This document shows positions 28,124 to 41,866 of a DNA stretch of 64,000 nucleotides, in pieces. Source of the DNA: Adineta vaga (taxonomy: Eukaryota > Animalia > Rotifera); contig CP075492.1 in NCBI GenBank assembly GCA_021613535.1, positions 7,936,001 through 8,000,000 on the forward strand, given 5' to 3'. The position numbers and the translations under genes were made by a program. The notes under the pieces are model-generated. The model was not told where the DNA came from, searched no databases, and was given only the letters and a program-made list of their open reading frames with translations. Positions within the stretch are counted from its first letter, which is position 1; each line of letters opens with the position of its first letter.

Positions 28124-30662
28124 ATGTTTTCTGCCGCGACTACGCTTTTTCGTTCGACAAGTAATTCTTTACTTGTCAATCCATGTATTCAACAATTATT
28201 TCATTCATTTAATACTATTAACACTCCATTATCAACGAAACAAGCATTAATTGATCCTAATCCACCTTTAGTTGGTCAAGCAATTGCAATCAAAGAATAT
28301 TTGAGAGAAAATTCTATTCCATTTGATGAATCCTGGACATGTATTAAAGCATTATGTTGTCGAAGTTCAAATCGAATATCAGGATTGATTCATATTGGAA
28401 AAGAACAAGGTATAAATATTTAAATCATATAAGGATATCTATTCTGAATGTATATTCAAACTAGGTGATTTTGCTTGTTCAAAATGTTCAACAACGGGTA
28501 CATGGACAGATTTTACCACTCAATGGCAACATTTAAAATCCAGGTTGATTTATTAATATTCATTTCTTTTTTCAACTTATCAATTATTTTTTAGAACAAC
28601 CTGTCCAAAAGTTAATACAGTGCCAGTACAATTATCCAATGAAGACCAAAAGATATGGGAACAGTCACAGATCATTCAAGAGAAAGATAAAGATCTTATT
28701 GAAGCACTTCTCACACGATATGGATTCAATGAAGTAAGTTCAATGTGAGTTGTTATCTTACTTCAAATGAACTTCTTGTTAAGGAATATACAATTTCGTA
28801 TACGACTCTTCAACGATACGGTATTCGAATTTATCAAGATCAATTGATTGCACCATTATATGATACAGATCGTTCTCTTGTGAATATCGTTCTACTTGAT
28901 CCTTCGACACATTCCGATACAAAACCTCTGTATGTATCTTATTTGATTTCAATTGAACTTTGATCTCTTTTCTTTTTAGAAAACTTACTACACCATTTGG
29001 TCTTAATATTCTCTCAGCACGAAATGCAGAAATTGTCATCGTAGATTCAATATGGAATGCTTTGTGTGTCTTTCAAACAACTGGTAAAGTAGCTATTGCT
29101 CTACCAAATGGCAAACTTTCCATTAAAGTATTACAAAGTGTTTTCTCAATAAATTAATTTATGAATATAATTTGGTTCAATTCAGATAATGTTAGCATTG
29201 GAACACCTTCGTAAAATTCATGTTTGGTTTTGGGATGATAAAGCATTTGCTTTTCGTCTTGCATCTATTCTCAATCCTCATCGATGTTTTATGATCACGT
29301 AAATCAATTTTTGTTCTCTTAATTTGTAAATAGAACATTCCCGAATCTAGATATCCTATGAATGCACAGATGGCATTTAAAGGTAGTCATAGTTTAAAAA
29401 CAATAGTCAATGAAAGTTTTGCTGTTATCAATAAATGTATCGAACAATTTGATACTTTTCGAGATTTAATACGTGATGAATTATTACAAAGAACACGTTT
29501 TGCTGGAATTCAAGTTAGTAAAATTTCATAATATGATAGTTAATAATGAAAGTTTCATTGTGCTTGGATTCTATTTTAGTGGCAGAGATTTCCAATGTTA
29601 ACACAGATTCTTAAAGGTCATCGAGCTGGTGAATTGACAGTTCTAACTGGAGCAACAGGATGTGGTAAAACAACATTCCTTAGTGAATATTCACTTGATC
29701 TATGCATTCAAGGAGTAAATTACTTTTGACAAAAAAAAACTGATTGATATTTTACGCGTAATATTTATCCGTAGGTTTCAACTCTATTTGGTAGTTTCGA
29801 AATTCAAACACATCGTCTTGCAAAAGTTATGTTAACACAATATTCTGGGTAAGATTATATGAACTGATTTGAATATGGTCGTCTTTACTTTTTAAATTAG
29901 ATTAAATTTGACGAAAAATCTGCATGTATTCGATAAATTTGCCGATCAATTTGCTCGTTTACCGATGTTTTTCATGACTTTTCATGGACAAGAAAGTATC
30001 GATAAAGTCATCAATGTAAGTTTGAAAATTCATTATCCATTCTATCGTTAGACAGAGAAAAATGACCATTAAATATTAGACAATGGGAAATGCAGTGGCT
30101 ATTCACAATATTCAACATGTGATTATTGACAATCTTCAATTCATGATGGGAATGGATTATTCTAATGGTGATCGATTTTTTAAACAAGATACGTTAATTC
30201 ATCGTTTTAGAAAATTTGCAACAAATAATAAATGTCATGTAACAGTTGTTATTCATCCGAGAAAAGTATAGACGATTGAGAAGTTCTACTATTTTCATTC
30301 TATTTCTCTTCTGCTAGGAAGGAGATGAAGAAGAATTATCTGTTTCATCGATATTTGGTTCAGCAAAAGCATCACAAGAATCAGATAATCTTCTGATTAT
30401 ACAACAAAGAAAATTACCTACAGCAGCTGGTGGAAATATCAAATACTTACAAGTAAATTGATTCGTATGGATTTTAGCTTCGTATATAAGAAAAAGATAT
30501 TTTTAGGTAGTAAAAAATCGATTTGATGGACAACTTGGTCGATTTGCACTTCGTTTTGAGAAAGAACGTTTATCATTTTCTCGTGCTTTACCACCTCAAG
30601 ATGAATCCGACGACGGTCAGCAACAACATCAACAACAAGAATCTTGTTCAATTGAACAATAA
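28124..30662 (+). CDS. TWNK: Twinkle mitochondrial DNA helicase, multi-exon
   Basis: [90 protein letters not shown]. Confidence 0.96.
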
Positions 30663-30887
30663 ATATCGATATTTTTCTTTTCTGTTTTTTTGCTCAGGGA
30701 TGTTTATAAATTTCAAACAGTATTATGACATTTGTCGTTTGTTGTATAATAAATTATTGTTTCTCAAAATCAAAAGAACTTTTATTTTCAAAAAGATAAT
30801 TCACAGTAAGCGATAAAATTTTTCACCGGCTTCACAATTACATATATTTAAATAAAAGCAGACCTATAAATGCAAAGAGATTAGACA

Positions 30888-33800
30888 TTAGAATCTGGTT
30901 GTTTCTGGTTGAACGTCTAAATCAAACAAAAAAGACAGTTAATATTAGATAGATAGATAATCATACAATAGTTAAACATTCATAGACAATATTCAGATAA
31001 GATCACCTTTCAATCAACCTGCTCGACGACTAATTTGTAAGAATTAGAATTCAAAAGAATTTTTAGAAGGAAATATTTCACTTACTATCGTTATTATTTT
31101 GTATTTGATGATCTGATGATTCTTCATCTTCGTCTTCACCAGCAAGTTGAACGAAAATTTGTTCTAATGTTGTTTGAGTAACTGAATAGGATTCAATCAC
31201 TTTACGTTCTTTTTGTGTATTTAAAATTTCAAACACACGACCCAAATTAAAAGACGATTGGGCTTGATTTTTGTCATTGGATGACGAAGGTGTCGAAGGA
31301 AGATTACAGAAGAGAACTTCATTATGTTGTTCTAGTGATAAAAATAATTATGAAGAAGAAAAAGAAGATTAATCAATAATTTGATCTTACCTTGAACTTC
31401 AATACCCGGTAAATTTGATGATAAGTCTCCTTTTACTTTTTCAACATCATCACCGGCTACTTTAACTTGAATAGCATAACCATTACCAAAGCGATGTCGT
31501 AAATGTTGAAGTTTACCCAAACACATAAATTGACCGGTTTTCATAATACCAATTTCTAAACAAGAATAATTCTATAAAAATGATGATCATCTTTAAAACT
31601 TACTGGTACACAGAGCTTCACATTCTTCCATACTAAAAGAAAAAAAAACAAATTGAATTAAATTCAAATCAATTATTCTCTTCTACCTATGACTTGTCAT
31701 TATAATAGTCAGACCAACATCACGAGCAGTACGAATTACTTTCCATAGTTTTCGTTTGGCTGCTGCATCTAAACCCTATTCAATAATGATGTATCTATAG
31801 TATCAATATTCTTCTAATCAAGTTCTTTCATACCGTTGTTGGTTCATCCAAAAATACCAATGCTGGATTCGCCATAAATGCCAAGGCAGCACTTACTTTT
31901 CGTTTATTACCACCACTAAAATCATGGCGTATATTTGCAAATGATTTTGAATTTCTTCTAAATCTTACCTAAGTTTTTGTACTAATCGTTTTTCATAAGT
32001 TTCGAGACCGAAGATAACCATAATATTCTGACACATTTCTTCTATTTCAGAACCTTTCACACCTTTCAATCTGAAACAAAGAATCATCAACGAAATCACT
32101 TTGTAAGATCTATTCTTACCGAGCAAATAACAGTAATGTTTCAAACACACTCAAATCGTATACAAGCCAATCGAATTGTGGACAAAAACCAATTTCTAAA
32201 TCTCGTTGCTAAGAAAAAAGACACATCAAATTATTTTTCATTGCTTTGAACATTCAAATCACAATTACCATTTCATTGATATTTTTTCCATTAATAATTA
32301 TCTTTCCAGATGATGGCTTGATATCATTGACTAACATACGAAATGTTGTCGTCTTTCCTGCTCCATTTGCACCTAAAAGACAAGTAAATTGTACAGGATT
32401 TTATCAACGCTCTTTCCATACCTAAGAGACCAAAACATGCACTCTTCTTAACATGAAAGTTCACATGATTCACTGCTAGATAATCTCGTTCAGCTCTAGC
32501 TTTGGATTTTCTTTTTTTAAATCTTTTAACAAGATCTCGAACAAGAATCACCGATGTATTCGTCGTTTCATTATCTTGTAGAATCAATTGACGTTCTCGT
32601 CGGACGTCTTCATCCAAATGCTAAAATATAAAGATATTCGTTTAACAATCTACCAAGTTTTCTCATACTGAATCGTTCCAATTTTCAGATGATATAGCAT
32701 CATCTGAACTACAGCATCGTTGACAAGACTGTCGAATTCTTAAACGATTTTCTACGATCATTAAAATAAACCACCAAAATAATGTTTGTACAACGAAAAT
32801 AATAAATTCTGCACCAACACCAGGTCTTTGTCTTGACATCCATGGTTCATTTGTTGCTAATTTTGATCCAGTCATCGCATTTGTTATCGCTATACATTCC
32901 GTATTTGAATGTAATTGTATATTTGAAATTGCATGTTTTAAATTAATTGTTGGTAGGAGAACTGCAAATATCCAACGAATATTCGTTACAATTGTCACTA
33001 CTCTTGATGGGCCTGCTGATGGATTATCATTTTTGGTAAATACCGTAAATGAATTTGTTACTGCATCAACAATACAAATGATTACATTTAAAATAAAAAA
33101 ATTTGTAAAACCCATAATAGATGTTTTGGGAATAAATGAAAAGACATAAACGAATGGTAACGATGCAAGAACATACATGAAGAACATTAGAAAAAAATAA
33201 CCTAATGCCGCTGATTGTTGATAAACACGAACTTCAGAACCACTTTTCGGATTGGCTTCAGCACCGATCTAAACAAAACAAAAAATAAGATGAACGTTTT
33301 AGAAAGAAATGACAATAACTGTTCATTTGTTCATAACATACCTTAACTATTATAGTTAATAAGACAACTAATATCAAACATATAGAGAAATCAAAGATCC
33401 AATTTGCCAACCAATATGTTCGCTTTGTTAAATTAGTTAATAATTGAAGTTCTTTGGAATTATTTAAACGTTCCGTAATCAATTGTAAAAGAAGAATACC
33501 AATAAATATCGTTGCAATAACTGCATTTAGAAAACCAAATAATGATATGGGGAAAATTTCAAAACAATAGAGAACAGCTAGAACTTCGGCAATATAAGAT
33601 GCTGCTCTTGTTCTCGTAATGATTGGTTGATTTGTTGTTACAATACTTTTTGTTGTTGAATTTGCATAAAATTGAAAAAGATTCGTTGCTGCAACACCTA
33701 AACTTGTTGGCATTGTATGATAATTAACTGTTGTAAAATAAGCATTCATTCTTAATGTTGGTGTAGCTGATGTACCATTATTATATGCAGCAAAACTCAT

Positions 33801-36800
33801 TTGATATTTATTGATAAAAGTATCTTCCGATTGATAATATCGATCTTTGACATAGCTAAGTACATTGTCAGTTGTAATTTCATCAATTGCAGCATTTGTA
33901 CTTGTTAAATAATTGATTAGACGTGTACGAACATCATTACCATTATTATTTGCATAGGCAACAATGGTTTGAGGATTGTATATCGATGGTATTAAAGTGA
34001 CTTGAGCATCGACAATACGTTCATTATTCATCAATGATGATTGAATTTCTTGTGGAGTTGGTACAGCAGCGACAGTAAGAATTTCGATCAGTATAGAAAG
34101 TAAAAAGAAACCTAAGAATAGACTAATTTGTCGACGAGAAACATGCCAACGTTTGACTAGTAATGCTCGAATACGTGTAAAAAATAGACGGAAACCAGTA
34201 ACACGTTCATATTGTTTACGAAAGACTAAAATATCAAATGAAATTTGTCGAAATAAATAATCAATTTACCTTGTTCATTCAATACTGCTTTTGTTGTTCC
34301 ATTTTGCTGTTGTTGTTCTTCTTCTTCTTCGAGAACTAATCTAAAATATCAATGATGAAGTTATTTTAAATTCATTTCTTGATTTATTACCGAAGAAATA
34401 CATCTTCAATAGTTGTCATCGATAATCCATACGAATTGACTCCAATCTCTTGCTTTTGTTGATCAAGTCCGGTTATTAGACGTTCAATTTGTTTGGATTC
34501 GCCACGTTTTATTCCATAGACAAGTTCAGCAGCTGATTCACGTTCTAATACAACATTACCAACATATCCTTGAATAAATTGAGTAATACGTTCACTTGAA
34601 CAATGATCTTGTTTATCCATTAATAATCGATATTCAAATTCTAAAATGAAAAACTAATTATTTCTCATTTTCTATGAGAAATATTTGTCCTCAGACCTGT
34701 TTGTTGTTTGAGAAAATCAGGTGTACCATTCGCTTGTAATCGACCTCGACTCATAATAGCAATTCGATCCGATAAAACATCAGCTTCTTCAAGAAAATGA
34801 GTCGTTAATAATACACATTTTCCAGTTAATTTCAATTTTCGAATAATTGTCCAAATAAGTCGACGATTGTATGGATCTATTAGATAAAAACATTCACTGT
34901 ATTGCTACTTATTTGATCATGAAATACTTACCAATACCACTCGTAGGTTCATCGAGAATAACAACCTAAGAGAAAGTAGTATATAGAAATATGATGCTGT
35001 GAAGTATTCTATACAAACTTTTGGATCATTGATTAGCGAAATTCCAATTGATAGTCGACGTTTCATGCCACCGGATAGATCTTTTGATAGTGTACCACGA
35101 TCATTTGTTAAACCAATCAATTGTAGAATAGTTTCAATTGATTCTTTCATCCTTTCTTTCTCCATATGACGCATCTAAAAACAAAATTATTCTTCATTGT
35201 TCAATTGACTTTTCTCATTTACCTTAGCAATCAATTCCAAATGCTCTTCAACCGATAATTCATCGTAAAGAATATCTATAATAGTATATAAGTTAAGATT
35301 TGTTTATGAATACAAATCTATATATTTTTATTACCATATTGTGGACAAAAACCGAGATAATGTCGAACTTCTTCGATTTGAGATTGATTATCCAATCCTT
35401 GAATCGTTACACGACCCGAAGTTGGTTCCAACATTCCTTAATAAACAGATTCTTCATAATTTCTTTTAAAATTCTCGAAGAAATCATTCTTAACATACCA
35501 ACAAGAATAAATGTTGTAGTCGTTTTTCCAGCACCATTATGTCCTAACAATGTACAAACTTCACCTTCATAAAAATCTAATGAAAGATTTGTAACTGCTT
35601 GAAATTTTCCAAATTTCTAATTACATCAAACGAATTCAAATGCAATTTGACAAACAATTATCTCATTACTTTATTTAAATGTTCAATTGTCATTGCTGGA
35701 TCTTTCTTTTTACCCATAGTATTCAATTCAATCCAATGATTTCCATTTGCTGTATGATTATCGATTTGATCTAAATTGCTCATAATTCCAGTTGGTCGAA
35801 CAGTCGATGATGTCCAATAAGATTTTTTAAATAAATAATTCCATGGTTGTGAAACACCAAATTCACCAGGATTTAATCGTTCAACATAGACAGCAAGAAA
35901 CATATATATAACTGAATAGATTAACATTAACAAAAGGCAAACACCAATATATAATGGATAATCAAATACATTAGAATAGAGATGTTGATAAGTGGCCATT
36001 CCACCTATAGAATTAAAAAGTAAAGATTAATTGTTTTATATTTGTATTGTAATGACTTACCACTACGACGTTCAAACTGTCCAAGAACTTGAATACAGAA
36101 GAGAAGACCAGCATTTGGAAACAGACATAGGAAATATCGAACACCAGCAGGTGCCGCTCCATAAAAATCAATAAATGTTACTATCCAAAGAACAGTACCG
36201 AGTAATTTTGCCAAGAGAGCTACAAGAAAAAATGTTCTTTTTTTTCTATCTGAAAATAAAGATAATTCTACCTCTTTTAAAAAGTTGACCAAAGAAAACA
36301 GCAAAAGTTGAAACTTGAATTGCATAAACAAATAAAATTGTCCATAATACTGTCCAATGTGTATAATTAAAAACAGCTCGATTTACACTATTCCATCGAG
36401 TTCCTGTACTACCAAATACAATCATACTCAACCCAGTTGAAACACCAGTCAAAACGAAATAAATACACATCGATCGAGTTATCCATACAAGATTATTAAC
36501 CCAAGTTCGAAGACCAAATATACGAAGATATTCCTAATAAAAAACAAATTTTATCAATTAAAAATTTATATGATCCGTAATTATCAACAGTCGTCTATAT
36601 CCTCCTTTACATTCATAACGATAGATAAATTCTATTCTATATGAAGGCTAGAATGCATTCCATCTAATTATAAACTAATTGCTTGAACCCTCAGTTTTCA
36701 AATAAAAACTTCCTTATTATTTTTTCATTAAAACGAGAATGAGTGCAAAAAGGTAGAAAAAAATAAAAACTCGTCATTCTTTTTTTACTTTGGTTTTATT

Positions 36801-37961
36801 TGCTCGTTCTTCTACGATATATCCAAGATTAAGAATAAATGTAACCAAGTAAATAATCGCATAAAATAATGGTACAAAGAAACTAAAACCCGAATGTAAT
36901 TGATCTAAATACACTTCTGGACAACCAAAATGATTCATATAAATCTAAATGAAAAAAAGACATTTTTCTTAACATAAATAAACTTGAATAGTATGATTTA
37001 CACTCGATTCATTTGGACTTATATTTGTTACATATTGTATTATTGATAAATCAATAAAATATTGAATTCCTAAAAATTGAGTCGTATAATTTGCTGATGT
37101 TGTATTATCTAAAATAGATTATTGAAAGATATGCATTTGTCAATAAATATCAGTATACATACCTTGACATAAATCTTCAGGTGAACGTTTCCACAAGAAA
37201 TCTTTCATTGCTGGTTTTATAAGTTGAGCACGATAATATCGTAGACCATTTCTATGTAAAGAAGTACACAGTATAAAAACAAATTGTATTAATTAAACTA
37301 AAAAATCATACTCTTGCATTCGTAAGGTATATTGAACTTGATCAGGCATTGCCGACGGAGTAGAACACGATGGATCGATATTTGTGAAATAGATATATGC
37401 AAATATTGATTCTAATGTTGAATTAGGCAATGATGAAATCGATGGATTTGGAATAGCTTGAACTGAAAACAAAAAGAATTGAATTCGATTAACAACAAGT
37501 TCAAAAATTTTGCATTCATATCAAAGATCTATATCGAATCGATATTTACATACCATTATTAGGAAAATTCGGTACATTTTGTGCAAGATTTGTAATCGCA
37601 TTTCCAACAATAGTTGTCGTACATAGATTAGCTAGAGGATCAATATCGAAATATTTCAAATAAATTTTTCACGATGAAACTTACATGGATAATAATAAGT
37701 CATATTTGCTTGTGTATTATTAGTCGGCATTAAATCAAATGGACGAAATGCTGGTAATTGAAGAGGACGATTATAGCTTCGATCAAGTAGATAACGCATT
37801 CCAAGTAAGAGACCCAAAAAAACGTAAGCAAGTATAAATTCGGCGATTGTTTGTCCACGTTTACGTTTTGTTAATAGAAGCATTTTAACAAGCAGAGCTC
37901 GATATTCTCCTAAAAATTTCATACATCCACCGCGACGTGGACGATCATGTCTAGATTCCAT
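30888..37961 (-). CDS. Full-size ABCA subfamily transporter, many exons
   Basis: TMD-NBD-TMD-NBD; Walker [10 protein letters not shown] and [55 protein letters not shown]. Confidence 0.95.
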
Positions 37962-39170
37962 TCTTGCTTAATGTTTATCTGTAAAGCAAAACTTTTAACT
38001 GAAGAAAATACTTCCTTTTAAATGCAGAACAGAATGTTTTTTTGTTGATTACACAACCTATCGGGATTTTTTTTTCTTTCTTTAATGTTGTTCACTCATG
38101 CTTACTTTTGCCATATGCACTCACATTGATGAGATTGTTATGTAAGCACGTTGACAAATTATATATTCAGAAAAGAAAAAACATGGGTTAGTCATATACG
38201 AAGAAAAATATTTTCTCACATCGTCTATTTTCGTCACTACGTCACTATACAGGCTTCTCATTCTGTAGAAGTGTGATTATTGCCCTGACATATATTTTAA
38301 AAAAAAAGAAATCTGTTATAAAATGGCATGATGTGTCCCTTCTCTATCTTTCTTCTGACGACAATCACTGAGTATAAGAAAAGAACTTGTTGTCAATTAA
38401 TTATGGAAAGTAGGATAATAACTAATGATTCTATCACACAGCTAGGAAATAAAATTGTGGAATATCAGGTTTAAATGACGTATGTTCAACCGAAGGATTT
38501 TTTTCCTAATGAAGTAAAACTACAGCTGCAAAACGAGATATATATTTTCTATTGTTTGTTTAAACTTTATTTTTCATAATTTCTATTTTTCTACTGGAAG
38601 TGTAGTTTTCTGAAGAAAGGAAAAAAACACGTCGCACTCGCAGTACGTTCTCGTACGTGAAAAGTATGCACGAGGACGTTTTTCTCACGATGTCAACGTC
38701 GTCAAATTACCTTTTTTTCCAAAAATGACAGGAAAATAAACTTTCAACGCTGTTCTTGAGTATAGCAACCAGTTGAAAGTGCATTTACGTCATCGTAAAT
38801 CTTTCATAATACTGAAAAAAACCTGATTAATCTGTTTGATCATTTCAATGTTGACTAGCTAAAACATTTGTCTTCCAAACAGTACTTGATAATAAAATTA
38901 GATAAAAGAATTCCCAAGCTCTAGCATTTCTATTCTTATAAAAATATCAAAGTTTAATGATAGTTTCACATTTTACGATCACTAGAATGTTGGTTACTCA
39001 AAAAATTTATAACTCATTTCGAAATTAAAAAAAAACCGACGAAAAAATGTGTGATGCTAAATTATAGTTAAAGATTGTATTGGTATACCATGCAATCATT
39101 CATTGTGAAATAGTTCGTTTTGAGTCACTAAGAGTTTTATTTTGTTGTATCCTTGCGTCACGAGCTCCTG

Positions 39171-40109
39171 TTATTGTTGTTGTTCTTGTTGTGTCTGCTG
39201 CTGCTGCTGCTGCTGCATTGACTGTTGTGCATGAATTCGATTGTCATGATAAACCATAGAAGCAAAACGATTGTTTCTTAGTTTTGGTGTAATATGAATT
39301 AACATAATACCCATAAAAATCATACAAACCGATGTGATCAATCCAACAATACCAAATGTTAACGGATACAAATGTCCAACAATCGATGCATAAATCATAA
39401 ATACAACGGTTGGACCACGTAATGCAATTAATATTGATATTAATACAACTATTCGCTTAATGACAGTCAAATCTCGTAAATTTCGTTGATGCTGATTGAT
39501 AGCAAGCATTGTTGTTGAATGTCGAGAAGATTCTCGAATAAATGAAGTGATCCATACATATGTGATAGTTATACATACAATTGGAATCATATATAATATT
39601 ATAATATGATATAGTTCCGCTCCTAGATTTGTGTACGGTACAAGACAATATTGTTCTGTTGACAGATGAACATACCAACCGAGAAATATTGGTGGTAGAA
39701 GTGCAACTATTGTCAATGACCATTGACCAATAATTAACGTGAGAAAAAGAGAAAATGATAAGAGTGATTTCTTTTTGTAGAATACGACTCGACAGAGGCG
39801 GTAGAATGCTTGTAAATAATAACTATGATAGATTGAGCATTGACAGACATCATATATGAGACCACATATGCAACAAAAGTTGAAATTGAATGTAAGAAAA
39901 CCGTTTGATAAATTGGAAATAATCATGATGGAAACAGCGAGACATGTGAGAAGTGCAGCAAAAGAGGTGTTGTATGTGAGAACGAGTGAAATATCGTGAA
40001 GATCTCGTCGATTTTGGATGCCAATGATGATGGAAAGAAAGATAAGAATAGCAATAAAATTAAAACCCCAAGTTAGAATACCAATAATTGTTGCTATTGT
40101 CAGAAGCAT
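39171..40109 (-). CDS. Orphan 7TM receptor, copy A, polyQ C-terminus
   Basis: 312 aa intronless; seven hydrophobic segments, LQAFYRL in DRY position, YC in ECL2, YMIP in TM5. Confidence 0.8.
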   Translation of the reverse strand: MLLTIATIIGILTWGFNFIAILIFLSIIIGIQNRRDLHDISLVLTYNTSFAALLTCLAVSIMIISNLSNGFLTFNFNFCCICGLIYDVCQCSIYHSYYLQAFYRLCRVVFYKKKSLLSFSLFLTLIIGQWSLTIVALLPPIFLGWYVHLSTEQYCLVPYTNLGAELYHIIILYMIPIVCITITYVWITSFIRESSRHSTTMLAINQHQRNLRDLTVIKRIVVLISILIALRGPTVVFMIYASIVGHLYPLTFGIVGLITSVCMIFMGIMLIHITPKLRNNRFASMVYHDNRIHAQQSMQQQQQQQTQQEQQQ

Positions 40110-41448
40110 TTGGAATTGAATAAAAATCTATTGCATAAACAAAGAAGAATCAAGAATCCAGTGGTATAGATTTAAGAAACGCTATGTTAACACTTCTCAA
40201 GTGAATCTTTATTCATGCAATAAATGGATGATCTTATATACTATGAAGATAAAATCTCTCTCCTATTGCATGCTGTGCCTCCGAGAAATTTCTAATTAGT
40301 CTTAATAATGATCATTTTTGTATATGAAGAATTCTATTTATCTGATTAAATTTGAATTCATTGAGCTCTTTAATAAAATCTTGCTCATTCTTGGAAAGAT
40401 CGGCAGACTTTTTCATTATAGCTTCAAAATCTATTGCAGGATGTACGTACAACGTTTCAATAATTCTACTAAATAGTATTCAATAGAAATATTAAAGTAG
40501 AAGATCTTCAAATTAATATATATATTTCTCTTTCTGAAGGAGTAAATCAGAATGATACTATATCATTTCGAACAGAACCGTTTTCTAAAAGGAAATGCAG
40601 ACTGCTTTTTATTAAAGAAGAAAGTTGTTTTTGATCTGATTTTAAGTCAGATTTTCTTTGATCCTATCAAAGCTAGAAAATAAGCATAAGTTTTTAACGA
40701 TGCCTCTACCCGAAATATCTACACATCTGATACGTGTCTAACACAAAGACGAGAATCATCCCTCGCAATAAATATTTCTGGCAAACTCTGTTACAGAATA
40801 TCGCTACGCTAAATTTTGCACTCGGAACGACTCAAACTATTACCATCCGACCGCTAGATTAATTAACAGTTCCCTAGAAGATTCACGCCATGAACTCACG
40901 ACGACAGCTACATGTCTGCTTCTTCTAATTCGACTGTAATCATATAATGCCCCATTAGCATAAATAAGTCTTTTATCGCATAGGTTATTTCTAAGTTAAA
41001 CTGCGACAAGAAATCATTCTTGCTGATGAGTCGAATCTTACGATACTTTCTAAAAAGTCGATAGTTCACATTTACTTAACCTACCATCTACCTAGCATAT
41101 GAACAGCTAGTCGTTCATAAATTTAACTACACTATAATATTCATTGTTACTTTTGTTTGGAAGCAAATAAGTGTCTTTATTTTCATCTATCGGAAGGAAG
41201 TTGATAGACTCTTGAGGGTGTGGGTGTGAGTCGAAACTGGGAAAACAAGACATAGATACGCAAGATAAATAGATGAAATAATGAAATCCACAACTACCTA
41301 CTGGCCCAAACTACATGCATTAGCTCAAACACCATATTAGTTGAAATCTCGACCCAAAATAACCTTCCTGAACCAAATCATAGCTTGATGAAATCTGATT
41401 GGGTTGGACAAACAAACAAACTTTAACGATTATAGCCAGCATATTTAA

Positions 41449-41866
41449 CAAGGAGGAGCAGACTGATTTCTAGGCTAGAAATCAGAGAAATCATCAGAGC
41501 TCATTGTTTTATATGTTAAAGACATAGGAAAATAACTGAGAACAATTAAAGGAAACTGAGAATGATCACAAATGGCTAAAAAGCATTGGAAATCAGTAGA
41601 AATCAATGAAAAATATTCGAAATCACAGTAAAAAAAATATTAATATGTAGGTCAAAACTGAGATCTTGATTTCTAGTGATTTTCAATGGATTTTATTGAC
41701 CTCTTTAACTTTCAATCATTTTAAATATTTTTAGTTGAAGCTTTCATTTTTTTTCTGATTTCTTATCGTTTTCACCAGTTTTTAACAGTTTTCGATGATT
41801 TTTATTGATTTCTGTGCAACACAAAAGATTGATTTCTACCAGCAGAAATCAATTTGTTCCCCCTTG
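41449..41866. mobile_element. 418-bp non-autonomous DNA transposon (MITE; hAT- or P-type termini)
   Basis: Exact 8-bp TSD ATATTTAA at 41441-41448 and 41867-41874; TIRs CAAGGAGGAGCAGACTGATTTCTA vs reverse complement CAAGGGGGAACAAATTGATTTCTG (19/24); no ORF. Confidence 0.85.
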
